Shown here piece by piece: positions 32,165-42,058 of a stretch of DNA of 64,000 bases. This stretch comes from a virus, in IMG/VR virus record IMGVR_UViG_3300007987_000009; one strand, written 5' to 3'. Below the pieces are notes generated by a model. That model did not search any database, was not told the origin of the DNA, and worked only from the letters and a program-made list of their open reading frames with translations. Numbering within the stretch: position 1 is the first letter of the stretch; each line of letters starts with the position of its first letter. The translations under genes and the position numbers were made by a program.

Positions 32165-32750
32165 TTTTATAGTATTCTACCGCATCTTGCCATTCCTTGG
32201 GGTTGTTTTTGTTATTAAAAGTTTTTCTTTTGTGTAAATTGTGTTCATGAATCCTCCAATACATTCCCATGAATGGATCACCCAATACCTTCCCATCATA
32301 TATTGCCTTTAGGTTTAATAAAAGCTGGTCTGATGCATATATTCCATCTAGCAAGTGTAACACGGGTAGTATTACGTCCCTCCTATAGACAACAACGTGA
32401 TGCATTTGTGCAGCCTGTCCCATCCCCGGTTTTGCTGCAATCTTGCCAAAGCGCTTGCCTTTTACCTGTCTATTTTCGTCTAGATAGTAATGATTGGAGT
32501 AATATGCGGTATAGCCCTTTTCCATTACCCGCAATGCTCTCTCAAACACTGTGGGAACAGCAATGTCATCATCATCGAAACAAGAAACATACGGGGAATG
32601 TCCTTGCATGAATCCTTTTATTCTGGCTTTTCCGTGATTTCCGTCTACATAATCAACAAAGTGTAGATTTATCGGAGAACCTTCCAAACTTTCCAAACAT
32701 TCGTCAAGATATCCTCGGTCATTTTTAATTATATGGACATCAATATTCAC
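32139..32750 (-). CDS. GT2-family glycosyltransferase (paralog of neighbour)
   Basis: CLESL, YVSCFDDDD, shared QMHHVVVYRR, YWRIH. Confidence 0.82.
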   Translation of the reverse strand: MNIDVHIIKNDRGYLDECLESLEGSPINLHFVDYVDGNHGKARIKGFMQGHSPYVSCFDDDDIAVPTVFERALRVMEKGYTAYYSNHYYLDENRQVKGKRFGKIAAKPGMGQAAQMHHVVVYRRDVILPVLHLLDGIYASDQLLLNLKAIYDGKVLGDPFMGMYWRIHEHNLHKRKTFNNKNNPKEWQDAVEYYKNEIQKRND

Positions 32751-32765
32751 TAGAATTGTTCCTAT

Positions 32766-34406
32766 TTAAGGGGCACAATCTTGGCTTCTAGCTTCAATAT
32801 TACAAATGGTTACGACATCATAATTATCTATTCTCGTGTAGCTTACTGATATAGACGCGGGGTCTAATGAAGAAACACCATCGAACAGGCCAGAAGTTTC
32901 ATCTAATTCATATACAAATGGAACACCGTTTGTTAGTTCAACTGTGTCAACAACAGTTGGTCCTATTAGACTATTAGCATTAATTTGTATATCTACGTCA
33001 ATATTGGGTGTCGGTCCGGACAACAACAGTTCGAATCTTATACCGTGAGACAAAGAAACCCCCGAACCGGAATATTCTATCGGGTTAGTTGAAACTGACG
33101 AACCGAATTCACCATAAACAAAACAGGTTCCGTCAAAATACGGGTTCGACTCAGACCCAAAAACAGACCAATCCGTAGTATCTCCTACCCAACAAAAAGA
33201 CACGCCCGAAGGTGTAGGCGTCACTGTAGGCGTCACTGTAGGCGTTACTGTAGGCGTCACTGTAGGCGTCACTGTAGGGGTAGGTGTCGGTGTAGGTGTT
33301 GGCGCGGTTGACGATGTAATAGACACTGTAGGAGTTGGGGTGCTGGACGGCAACGGAGCCACTACAACATCTTTTTCTATTTTTGGATAGACGACTTCAA
33401 TGTTGGATGGGTCAGAATATAAAACACCATTCACAAACACAAATGATGTATTCTCCGATTTTTGTCCTATTTCGCCAATGTCAATCAATTGTCCCAAATT
33501 CTTATCTGCTTTGTCATATGGACTGTTCGCTAACAATAACAAAAGTTGTTTAGACTTTATTTCACTAAAAGTTTCCGTATCAGGAAATAAATTTATTCCT
33601 TTGATTGTTAGACGAGTCAACTGTGGAATGTCTTGTAATGACTCATAGCGATCTTTTATAACTCTAAAATCTGCTATGTTTTTGGTTTTCACATTGAAGT
33701 TTCGCCTTCTTCTGAAAAGAATTGACCTAAAATCATTCCAAGGCGACAAGCCAGCTTCTAACCCAGATAAGGTTTCGACACAAAAAATAGGCTCTTCATT
33801 CGGTTCTTGCAGAACAATGTCCAACTGTATTGGACCGTTTGTATATATTTCTCGAAATGGCGTTCTATATCTGGATATGACTGCAAAAGATAACGTGTTG
33901 TTGTAAGAAATTTGGGTGAGATTTTCTGTATCTGGAATTGTATCTATACTGTCTTCCGAAATACTTCTGGCAATCAAATGAGCCTGTCCGGTGAAAGATC
34001 CACTAAAAACAATCTCTAGTTCGTTTGAAGATTTGTTTATAACGCTGAATACATTAGAACCCACCGGCACTATTTGTGTCCCATCTTCTGATTCCAGAAA
34101 AACCTTGACGACCGGTTGCGTATTGAGGTTGTGTTTAATTATCCATTTGTCTGATAGAATGCTTTGGTAATGCTTGAAAAATATTTTCCTAGGGGCAAAG
34201 TTTTCAAGATTACCAGCAGGGTCCGCTTCTCGAAAAGCCTCGCGAAAATTGTAAGCGTTTCTAGAGAGTTTATACATTTTACCCCTACAACCTTCGGTTA
34301 TTGTACACGAGCTGAACATGTTCAACCCTCTGGAGTTTTCTAGAAGTTCGATGTCCCTCTTGCAGGTATCACATTGATATTTTATAGTTGCCATGAATAT
34401 ATTCAA
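32766..34406 (-). CDS. Probable virion protein with Pro/Thr linker and C-terminal domain shared with ORF 1-6783
   Basis: WIIKHNLNTQP motif, (TPTV)n linker, N-terminal Cys pairs. Confidence 0.6.
   Translation of the reverse strand: MNIFMATIKYQCDTCKRDIELLENSRGLNMFSSCTITEGCRGKMYKLSRNAYNFREAFREADPAGNLENFAPRKIFFKHYQSILSDKWIIKHNLNTQPVVKVFLESEDGTQIVPVGSNVFSVINKSSNELEIVFSGSFTGQAHLIARSISEDSIDTIPDTENLTQISYNNTLSFAVISRYRTPFREIYTNGPIQLDIVLQEPNEEPIFCVETLSGLEAGLSPWNDFRSILFRRRRNFNVKTKNIADFRVIKDRYESLQDIPQLTRLTIKGINLFPDTETFSEIKSKQLLLLLANSPYDKADKNLGQLIDIGEIGQKSENTSFVFVNGVLYSDPSNIEVVYPKIEKDVVVAPLPSSTPTPTVSITSSTAPTPTPTPTPTVTPTVTPTVTPTVTPTVTPTPSGVSFCWVGDTTDWSVFGSESNPYFDGTCFVYGEFGSSVSTNPIEYSGSGVSLSHGIRFELLLSGPTPNIDVDIQINANSLIGPTVVDTVELTNGVPFVYELDETSGLFDGVSSLDPASISVSYTRIDNYDVVTICNIEARSQDCAP
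33213..33278 (-). repeat. 12-bp tandem repeat x5.5 (VTPT)
   Basis: TGTAGGCGTCAC units on plus strand. Confidence 0.95.
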
Positions 34407-34538
34407 GCCTTTAAAGTATTTATCTTTAGTATCATGTTATGTATTTGCCGCATAAATATAACTCACACTCTTCTCTTTGAATAAGCAAGTCTTTATACTT
34501 TGTCATTGAGACTGGACAAGATTATTTATATTGGCAAT

Positions 34539-35084
34539 ATGAGCAAGATAATAGAAAACATAAAAAAAGAATGCTCCGATTTTCTTTCTATCACGAGCGT
34601 ATATCCAGCATTGAAAGCGTTCGATGACCATGGGAAATATTTTCGCAAAGTTAAAGTACGCCATAAGAAAAAACCAGTTGGTTTCATTCGCATTATCGGA
34701 GATGCTTTGCAAAAGGAGCATCGGAACATTCACATGCGTTCAGTAGTCGTCAACGGTCCTCATAGTGAAAAAGATGGGATGAAAACACACTACATCTTCC
34801 CGAAAAACGGGTTCAAATTTTTGTTCAATCCTAGAATCAATGATCACGAAGAGTATCGATACTCTTATACCAAATTGTTAGGATTAGATTTGGTCGACAA
34901 AGGAAAAGCTTTAGAAATGATGGAAGATTCAATCGAATACGCATACACCTCAGACAATACGTCATTGAACGATGCGTTAAAATCCAAGAAAGAAATTATC
35001 TTTTATGGAATGCAGTATTATTACACGGTGTCTTCCGAAAAATACCCATGCTACAACGAGTTGATACGACTCTTGCAAAAGTAA
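34539..35084 (+). CDS. Hypothetical protein
   Basis: ORF from first ATG. Confidence 0.65.
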   Translation: MSKIIENIKKECSDFLSITSVYPALKAFDDHGKYFRKVKVRHKKKPVGFIRIIGDALQKEHRNIHMRSVVVNGPHSEKDGMKTHYIFPKNGFKFLFNPRINDHEEYRYSYTKLLGLDLVDKGKALEMMEDSIEYAYTSDNTSLNDALKSKKEIIFYGMQYYYTVSSEKYPCYNELIRLLQK

Positions 35085-35177
35085 AGACATAAGTATAAGA
35101 TACTCAAAGAATATTTCTTGAAAGACCCCTTCGGGTCTAAATAATCATCACCCAGCGCCCAACAATTAGGAGAAAGA

Positions 35178-36848
35178 ATGAACGCTAAAAAAGAAATTTT
35201 GGTAGAAAAGCGAGACGGAAGAAAAGAACCCCTAGACCTAGATAAGATACACAAAATATTGACATGGGCTTGCGAAGATGTAACCGGTGTTTCGGTATCC
35301 GACATCGCAATTAAAAGCCAGTTACAGTTTTTTGATGGAATGAAGGCAACCGAGATTCATTCTACATTGACTAAAACGGCGGCAGATTTAATATCTGAGG
35401 ACGCCCCAAATTATCAATACGTTGCAGCCAAATTGATTAACTTTAATCTCAGGAAAGAAGTATACGGTATGATTACCCCGTGGCCAATTAAAAAATTGGT
35501 AGAGAAGAATGTCGCAACCGGCTATTACACGAAAGAACTTCTTGAATGGTATGATGATCAAGAGTGGCGCAAGATGGACAAGATGATCAAACATGACCGG
35601 GATTTCGAATTTTCTTACACAGGAATGAAACAACTTTTAGGAAAATATCTTGTCCAAAACCGCGTAACAAAAGAATACTACGAAACACCACAGATGGCAT
35701 ACATGCTAATTGCAGCAACTCTTTTCCATGGCTATCCCGAAGACACTCGAATGAAGTTCGTAAAAGAATATTACGATGCCTTGAGTAAGTGGGACATTTC
35801 TGTTCCTACACCGATTTTAGCGGGAGTAAGAACACCTACCAAACAGTTCAGTTCTTGTGTATTAATTAATTCTGGTGACTCACTTTCCAGTATAAACGCA
35901 ACAGCTTCTTCTATCGTAAATTACGTTTCACGTAAAGCAGGGATTGGCATAAACGCTGGTAGGATCAGAGCAGTTGGTTCTGAGATTAGAAACGGAGAGA
36001 TCAAACACACTGGGGTCATTCCTTTCTTGAAATATTTTCATGCTGCGCTAAAAAGTTGTAGTCAAGGTGGGGTTAGGGGAGGTGCTGCGACTGTGTATTG
36101 GCCTTTCTTTCATTACGAGTTTGAAAATCTTATTGTTCTGAAAAACAATAAAGGGGTCGAAGAGAATAGAATCAGACATATGGACTACGGAGTACAATTA
36201 AACAGATTGGCGTATAAAAGGTTGATAGAGGGTGGGAAAATAACTTTCTTTTCTCCCCACGAGGTTCCAGACTTGATGGACGCATTCTATTCCGGAGATA
36301 ACGATGAATTTGAAAGAATATACGAAAAATATGAGAGAAGTAGAAAGATAAAAATGAAATACAGTCTACCGGCTCTAGAAGTGTTTGGTACGATAATGGA
36401 TGAAAGAGTCTCGACGGGTCGTATCTACATCCAAAATATCGATCATTGTAACACACAAGGGTCTTTCATATCGAAACTTCATCCTATAGAACAGAGCAAT
36501 TTGTGTGTGGTTGGGGATACAACGATAGATGTCTTACTGGATGACGAAATCCTTGAAACTATAATAATAGAAGATTTGGCTAAGTATCTGGTTGCTCATA
36601 GAAGCGTTAAAGTGAAATCATATGATTTGAATACCGGTACCGAAGTATATAGTGAAATAACGGATTTTGCACAAACCGGAATTAGTGAAGAACTTATCAC
36701 CATAACGTGTGAAAAAAGTGGAAAATCCGTAACCTGCACTGGTGAACATAAAATATTTACTATGAACAGAGGCTATGTTGAAGCTAAGAACTTGCGTGAA
36801 GACGATGTTCTTAAAATATTTATGGGCAATACAATATCCAAACACTAA
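35178..36848 (+). CDS. nrdA: NrdA fragment 1 (442 aa, ATP cone) + IntN1 (36504-36845)
   Basis: VEKRDG, QFSSCVL, CSQGGVRGG, QSNL then CVVGDT and TCTGEHK. Confidence 0.96.
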   Translation: MNAKKEILVEKRDGRKEPLDLDKIHKILTWACEDVTGVSVSDIAIKSQLQFFDGMKATEIHSTLTKTAADLISEDAPNYQYVAAKLINFNLRKEVYGMITPWPIKKLVEKNVATGYYTKELLEWYDDQEWRKMDKMIKHDRDFEFSYTGMKQLLGKYLVQNRVTKEYYETPQMAYMLIAATLFHGYPEDTRMKFVKEYYDALSKWDISVPTPILAGVRTPTKQFSSCVLINSGDSLSSINATASSIVNYVSRKAGIGINAGRIRAVGSEIRNGEIKHTGVIPFLKYFHAALKSCSQGGVRGGAATVYWPFFHYEFENLIVLKNNKGVEENRIRHMDYGVQLNRLAYKRLIEGGKITFFSPHEVPDLMDAFYSGDNDEFERIYEKYERSRKIKMKYSLPALEVFGTIMDERVSTGRIYIQNIDHCNTQGSFISKLHPIEQSNLCVVGDTTIDVLLDDEILETIIIEDLAKYLVAHRSVKVKSYDLNTGTEVYSEITDFAQTGISEELITITCEKSGKSVTCTGEHKIFTMNRGYVEAKNLREDDVLKIFMGNTISKH

Positions 36849-36864
36849 ATAAAGATACACGGAA

Positions 36865-37794
36865 ATGACATTACCGACTATGAATTACGAGAAAATCTAT
36901 AACAATTTCATTATAGACTTTATTAACACTGATGTTAAGACTAGGATAATTCGAAGAAACCCGAGGGATTTGAGGCTCAATTCTGATAATTTATATGTTG
37001 AAAGACATCATATAGTTCCTAGATCAGAGGGAGGAATGGACAGTGAAGATAACATCGTGTCCCTCTTACCAGAAGAACACTTGTTTATACACTACTTGCG
37101 TTATAAAGTTTATGGGAAATATAATGATATTTGTGCCGTAAATCTAATGCTAAATGGCTTTTTTGGAAAAAAGTTGGAAGATATTCATGTTAACAAAATA
37201 CTGAGGAAAAAGTTTAAATACCAAAGAGAAGCTTTTTCTAGATTTATCAAAGCCAACAATTCCGGTCACCCAAGAATTTCTGAAGCTAGGAGAGGAAAAA
37301 TGCCTGTCAAGGATTTCATCACTGGAGAAATGATAGGCTCAGTTGATGTAAATCACGAAAATGTTCTGGGCGGAAAATGGGTTCACCATTCTAAAGGAAA
37401 AAGTTTAAAAAAAGATCAAAAAGAATATTTGAGCAAAAGGAATCGGGGATTAAAAAACTTTAATGCTCACAATATAAAGAACGAAGAGTACCTTGAACAG
37501 ACTATAGATTACATAAAGACTTGTTCCGATGGAAGGTTTATAAAATCTGAGTACAAGAAGTACTGCGAAGAAAAAAATTTAATTTACATAATAAACTTTT
37601 CTAAGCACCGTTGGAACGGGTCTAGGAAAAAATTTATTGAAGCGCTACGTAAAGAATGCAATAATCGTGGGATAGAGTTTGAATATGATCGTTATTATCG
37701 ATCTTCCCAACAAAAACAACAGATACGAGAAAGTAGTCTTGGAAAAAAAAGATTTTACCACCCGGACGGATCATTCACACTACAAAGGAAATAA
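36865..37794 (+). CDS. Free-standing HNH homing endonuclease
   Basis: ERHHIVPRSEGGMDSEDNIVSLLPEEHLFIH. Confidence 0.9.
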   Translation: MTLPTMNYEKIYNNFIIDFINTDVKTRIIRRNPRDLRLNSDNLYVERHHIVPRSEGGMDSEDNIVSLLPEEHLFIHYLRYKVYGKYNDICAVNLMLNGFFGKKLEDIHVNKILRKKFKYQREAFSRFIKANNSGHPRISEARRGKMPVKDFITGEMIGSVDVNHENVLGGKWVHHSKGKSLKKDQKEYLSKRNRGLKNFNAHNIKNEEYLEQTIDYIKTCSDGRFIKSEYKKYCEEKNLIYIINFSKHRWNGSRKKFIEALRKECNNRGIEFEYDRYYRSSQQKQQIRESSLGKKRFYHPDGSFTLQRK

Positions 37795-37799
37795 TACAA

Positions 37800-38798
37800 A
37801 TGTTAACAATAACTAAACAGAAAATAACCAGACCCGTTTATGACATTACAGTAAAAGATACGTCAAATTTTTATGCGAATAATATACTAGTACACAACTG
37901 TGCGGAGATAACTTTGCCCACAACGCCTTTTGAGGGCGTCAATGACGAAAATGGTAGAATAGCTTTATGCACCCTCTCTGCTATAAATTGGGGAAATATC
38001 AAAAAGCCTGAAGATTTTGAAAAACCATGTGAGTTAGCAGTAAGGGCATTAGACTCTCTATTAACGTACCAAGATTTTCCTGCCATACAAGCAGAGCTTT
38101 CGACAAAAGAATTTAGAACTTTGGGTATAGGAATTATAAACTTGGCGTACTTTTTAGCCAAAAATAATATGCGTTATGACGGGTCTGCATTCGAGACAGT
38201 AGATGAATACATGGAAGCAATGGCGTTCTATTTGACCAAAGCTTCTGTACAACTTGCTAAAGAGCAAGGTCCTTGTGAACTTTCGGCAGAAACAAAATAT
38301 GGGATAGGGCAGTTCCCTTGGGAAAACCGCAAGAAAGAAATAGACGAGATCATACCACATAAGACCCGCTTTGACTGGGAAGGTCTACGATCCGAGATGG
38401 CACAGTATGGTATTAGAAATGCTACGTTGATGGCTCTGATGCCTAGCGAATGCCAGAGCTTGGACAACGAGATACTAATGAAAGACGGTTCTAAAACAAC
38501 ACTCGAAAAACTAATCCGAGAGTACGGAAACATTTCCATAGAAGACATTCATAGCAACCCGTTTATGATTGGACAACGGTTTTCTTTCCTGAAACCCGTA
38601 GAGTTGTCTGACTCTATAGCTCACGAGTTTTATTACAATGGACCTAAAGAAATCATTGAAATAGAATTTGAAGACGGATCATCATACAAGTTCACTGAAA
38701 ATCATAGATTGTTAGTTGATAGGGGCGGAAGCAGCCAATGGATCGAGATCAAGGATTTAAGAGAAAATGACAATGTAGTTAGCGTTAATACTAAATAA
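37800..38798 (+). CDS. nrdA: IntC1 (33 aa) + NrdA fragment 2 (184 aa) + IntN2 (38451-38795)
   Basis: PVYDITV..ANNILVHN/CAEI; ALCTLSAIN; LMPSE/CQSLD and FTENHRL. Confidence 0.95.
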   Translation: MLTITKQKITRPVYDITVKDTSNFYANNILVHNCAEITLPTTPFEGVNDENGRIALCTLSAINWGNIKKPEDFEKPCELAVRALDSLLTYQDFPAIQAELSTKEFRTLGIGIINLAYFLAKNNMRYDGSAFETVDEYMEAMAFYLTKASVQLAKEQGPCELSAETKYGIGQFPWENRKKEIDEIIPHKTRFDWEGLRSEMAQYGIRNATLMALMPSECQSLDNEILMKDGSKTTLEKLIREYGNISIEDIHSNPFMIGQRFSFLKPVELSDSIAHEFYYNGPKEIIEIEFEDGSSYKFTENHRLLVDRGGSSQWIEIKDLRENDNVVSVNTK

Positions 38799-38849
38799 AA
38801 AAGTAACGGCATTAACGCCAACTTGGAAGACCGGGGGGGGGGTATTGGC

Positions 38850-39845
38850 ATGACTAAAAAATTTAATCCGTATGATCCGAAATATGTAATGAAGCGAGAC
38901 AATTGTTCTTTGGAAGAAGCAGAAAAAACTATTTGGTTGTTGAAAGAAAAGAATGCGTGGAATAGAGGGAAGAAGATAAAAAAAGCCAACCCATATGATC
39001 CGAAATATGTAATGAAGCGAGACAATTGTTCTTTGGAAGAAGCAGAAAAAACTATAGAACAATTTAAAAGGTCTAAAGCAACATCTAAGGACAACTTTGT
39101 AAAAAGATATGGCAAAGTCGAAGGACTAAAAAAATATGAGTCTTGGGCAGAAAAAACCTTACGAAGTGGGTGGGAATTGGCCAAAGAAAATGGAAGGGCA
39201 CAATCTCCGCGCTGTAAGGAATTTTACATGAAACGGGGCTTGGATGAATCTACTTCGATTGAAAAAGCGAAAGAATATCAAAGAGAAAATAGCCCACTCC
39301 ATGTAGAGTATTACATTAAGCGCGGAAAATCATTGGAGTACGCGAAAAAGAATATAAGAAAAATACACGACAAAAAGAAAGGAATAGACTCTTATGCAGA
39401 ATATTTGAAAAAAACTACAGAAATGACTGAAGTGGAGATAAAAGAAAAAATACGAGAGGTCAGGGGCCATAATTCTAAGAAAAAGCTAACCGACGAAGAA
39501 TTTTCTGCTAGAATGAAAAAATTGAGGAAAACCATGGAAGATTCTGGGATTTGGGTGCCATATGAATCCTTGACAGAATATGAATCCTATAAAAGAGAAG
39601 TATGGTCGCATACCAATCAAAATGACCTATCTGAATTAAAGAATTTTTATCTTAGAGGAAAAGCTGGGGAGGATGGAGCATACCATCTAGATCACAAATT
39701 TTCTATATCTAGGGGATTTATAGAAGGTATACCGCCAGAAATTATAGGCGACAAGAAGAATTTGGAATTTATTCCTTGGGAGGAAAATCTGTCTAAACAA
39801 GGAAAATGTACAATAACAATAGAGGAATTACACAATGAAAATTAA
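38850..39845 (+). CDS. Putative homing endonuclease, C-terminal HNH, N-terminal duplicated repeat
   Basis: YHLDHKFS..NLEFIPWEENLSK. Confidence 0.75.
   Translation: MTKKFNPYDPKYVMKRDNCSLEEAEKTIWLLKEKNAWNRGKKIKKANPYDPKYVMKRDNCSLEEAEKTIEQFKRSKATSKDNFVKRYGKVEGLKKYESWAEKTLRSGWELAKENGRAQSPRCKEFYMKRGLDESTSIEKAKEYQRENSPLHVEYYIKRGKSLEYAKKNIRKIHDKKKGIDSYAEYLKKTTEMTEVEIKEKIREVRGHNSKKKLTDEEFSARMKKLRKTMEDSGIWVPYESLTEYESYKREVWSHTNQNDLSELKNFYLRGKAGEDGAYHLDHKFSISRGFIEGIPPEIIGDKKNLEFIPWEENLSKQGKCTITIEELHNEN
38871..39055 (+). repeat. 62-bp exact direct repeat (38871-38932, 38994-39055)
   Basis: Encodes YDPKYVMKRDNCSLEEAEKTI twice. Confidence 0.92.
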
Positions 39846-40374
39846 AAGCATAAAACGAAATGTGGGCGTAGAACACACTTGGGATATATCTACGGATACC
39901 GAACAATACGCCCTATCAAATGGATCGATAAGTCACAATACTTCTTCACAATTAGCTAATGCCACCAACGGCGTAGAGCCGCCCAGAGGGTTGATCAGCG
40001 AGAAAAGTTCTAAGGACGGCAAAATGAAACAGGTGGTTCCTGAAATCTATCGCCTGAAGAACAAGTACGATCTTCTATGGGAACAAAAGTCACCAGATGG
40101 TTATTTGAGGATAATGAACATTATACAAAAGTATGTTGACCAAACCATTTCGGCAAATGTCAGCATCAATCCAGAAAACTATCCGGACAATAAGGTCCCT
40201 CTTCAGGAGCTTTTAAAGCAACTCCTTGAGTTTTACAAATATGGTGGCAAGACCTTATACTATCACAATACTTATGATGGTGCCGGGGAAGAAAAGGAAG
40301 AAGTCGAAGTAGTATTAGAGCCCAAGACCGAGGAACTTGACGATGAAGAAGGTTGTTCTTCATGCATATTATAA
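39835..40374 (+). CDS. nrdA: IntC2 (35 aa) + NrdA fragment 3 (144 aa)
   Basis: MKIKSIK..TWDI..SNGSISHN/TSSQ; NGVEP, DQTIS, KTLYY, C-terminal CSSC. Confidence 0.95.
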   Translation: MKIKSIKRNVGVEHTWDISTDTEQYALSNGSISHNTSSQLANATNGVEPPRGLISEKSSKDGKMKQVVPEIYRLKNKYDLLWEQKSPDGYLRIMNIIQKYVDQTISANVSINPENYPDNKVPLQELLKQLLEFYKYGGKTLYYHNTYDGAGEEKEEVEVVLEPKTEELDDEEGCSSCIL

Positions 40375-40396
40375 AGTATAATAACTAAGGAAAGAT

Positions 40397-41512
40397 ATGA
40401 CTAAAAGCGTTTATAACCCAGACAACAAAAAGTCTCACAAGAAATGTACAATGTTCTTGGATGATCAAAATACTTCGGTAACGATAGCTCGTTATGACGA
40501 CGTTAAATATCCAAAAGCCACTAAGATGTATGAAAAACAACTTAGTTTCTTTTGGCGTCCAGAAGAAATTAACATATCAAGAGACGCCAAAGATTTTAGG
40601 GACCTGTCAGATCACGAGAAACATATATTTTTGTCTAATTTGAAAAGACAGATTCTCTTAGACTCTGTTCAAGGAAGATCACCGAATCTAGCGTTTCTTC
40701 CCATAACAACATTACCGGAAATAGAATCTTTCATCGAGGTGTGGTCCTTTGTTGAAGGTATTCACAATCAATCGTACACTCACATTATCCGCAACGTATT
40801 GCCGAACCCGTCTATGGTGTTTGATGAAATAAACAACATACCGGAAATTCTGGAATGTGCCTCCGACATCAGCAAACATTATGATAATTTGATAGCTATC
40901 ACTAACTACGTCGATGTTAATGGGTATGACGCACCAGTCAGCAAATATGAACACAAAAAAGCCCTATGGATGGCATTGATGGCCGTCAACATTTTGGAAG
41001 GGATCAGGTTTTATGTGAGCTTTGCTTGTTCGTGGGCTTTTGCTGAACAGGACAAGATGGAAGGGAATGCCAAAATAATAAAGTTCATTTGCAGGGACGA
41101 AAATTTGCATCTGGGGTTCACACAATTCTTGCTGAATACTTTAGAAAAAGATGACCCAGATTTTATAAAAATACGTAGCGAAACCGAAGAAGATTGTGTC
41201 CAAATGTTTATTAGTGCTGTAGATCAGGAAAAAGCATGGGCCGATTATCTCTTCAAAGACGGGTCTATGCTAGGACTGAACGCACAACTGTTGAAAGATT
41301 ATGTAGAATGGATTGCAAACAAACGAATGACAAGAATCGGGTTGAGTAGTCCATACGTGGTGCCTAGAGACAATCCTCTATCGTGGACAGAATCGTGGAT
41401 AGCTGGCCGAGAAACACAAAACGCCCCACAGGAAGTTGAGATATCAACGTATCTTGTTGGTGAAGTAGACAAAAAAGTAGAAAACGAGGCTTTTAAAAAT
41501 TTCAGTTTATGA
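40397..41512 (+). CDS. nrdB: Ribonucleotide reductase class Ia beta subunit
   Basis: FFWRPEE, LLDSVQGR, LEGIRFYVSF, RDENLH, APQEVE. Confidence 0.97.
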   Translation: MTKSVYNPDNKKSHKKCTMFLDDQNTSVTIARYDDVKYPKATKMYEKQLSFFWRPEEINISRDAKDFRDLSDHEKHIFLSNLKRQILLDSVQGRSPNLAFLPITTLPEIESFIEVWSFVEGIHNQSYTHIIRNVLPNPSMVFDEINNIPEILECASDISKHYDNLIAITNYVDVNGYDAPVSKYEHKKALWMALMAVNILEGIRFYVSFACSWAFAEQDKMEGNAKIIKFICRDENLHLGFTQFLLNTLEKDDPDFIKIRSETEEDCVQMFISAVDQEKAWADYLFKDGSMLGLNAQLLKDYVEWIANKRMTRIGLSSPYVVPRDNPLSWTESWIAGRETQNAPQEVEISTYLVGEVDKKVENEAFKNFSL

Positions 41513-41584
41513 TATCGTTAAATAACTTTGTTATTAATTCTACCCGAATAATATATAAATACAAACAGTATCCGAGACAAAAAA

Positions 41585-42013
41585 TTGAAACTAACAGAAA
41601 TAATGAACCCAACTGATTCTGGTCCAAAAAGAATTGCTGTATACCAAACAGACCATGAGTTCCTTCCAACTCATCGTAAATTCGTTGCAGAAGGAAGTAT
41701 TGTTGTGGATTTGGATGAAAAAAGAACTCCCTCGTTGTTTTCAGACCCCGCATATTTTTTGAATGGTGTGCAGGGGTGGGAGGGAACAGCTTACTTTACT
41801 AATTTATATGGTGAGTATATAAAAGGAAAAAGAGATCATTGGGGAAAAGTCATACAGCCAGACCAGATAAAAAATCTGAAATACGATTTGTTTGTACATC
41901 TTACATATGGGGAAAAACAGGGAGCACTTTTCTCGGAAGTCGATTCGACTCACAAAGAAGAGATTGAAAGAGTAGCATATCCTAAATTGCTGGAAGCCAT
42001 TAAAGAGCTATAA
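41585..42013 (+). CDS. Hypothetical late protein
   Basis: TATAAATA upstream, terminator downstream. Confidence 0.6.
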   Translation: MKLTEIMNPTDSGPKRIAVYQTDHEFLPTHRKFVAEGSIVVDLDEKRTPSLFSDPAYFLNGVQGWEGTAYFTNLYGEYIKGKRDHWGKVIQPDQIKNLKYDLFVHLTYGEKQGALFSEVDSTHKEEIERVAYPKLLEAIKEL

Positions 42014-42038
42014 AAAGCCGGGAGGTCCCGGCTTTTTT
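42012..42038 (+). terminator. Bidirectional intrinsic terminator
   Basis: AAAAAGCCGGGA-GG-TCCCGGCTTTTTT. Confidence 0.88.
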
Positions 42039-42058
42039 GTTTAATGTTAGACTTCTCA

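Noticed and set aside
36849-39834. Group I introns in nrdA
   Set aside because: Gaps are almost fully coding and flanked by complete IntN/IntC motifs; no room for an intron core.
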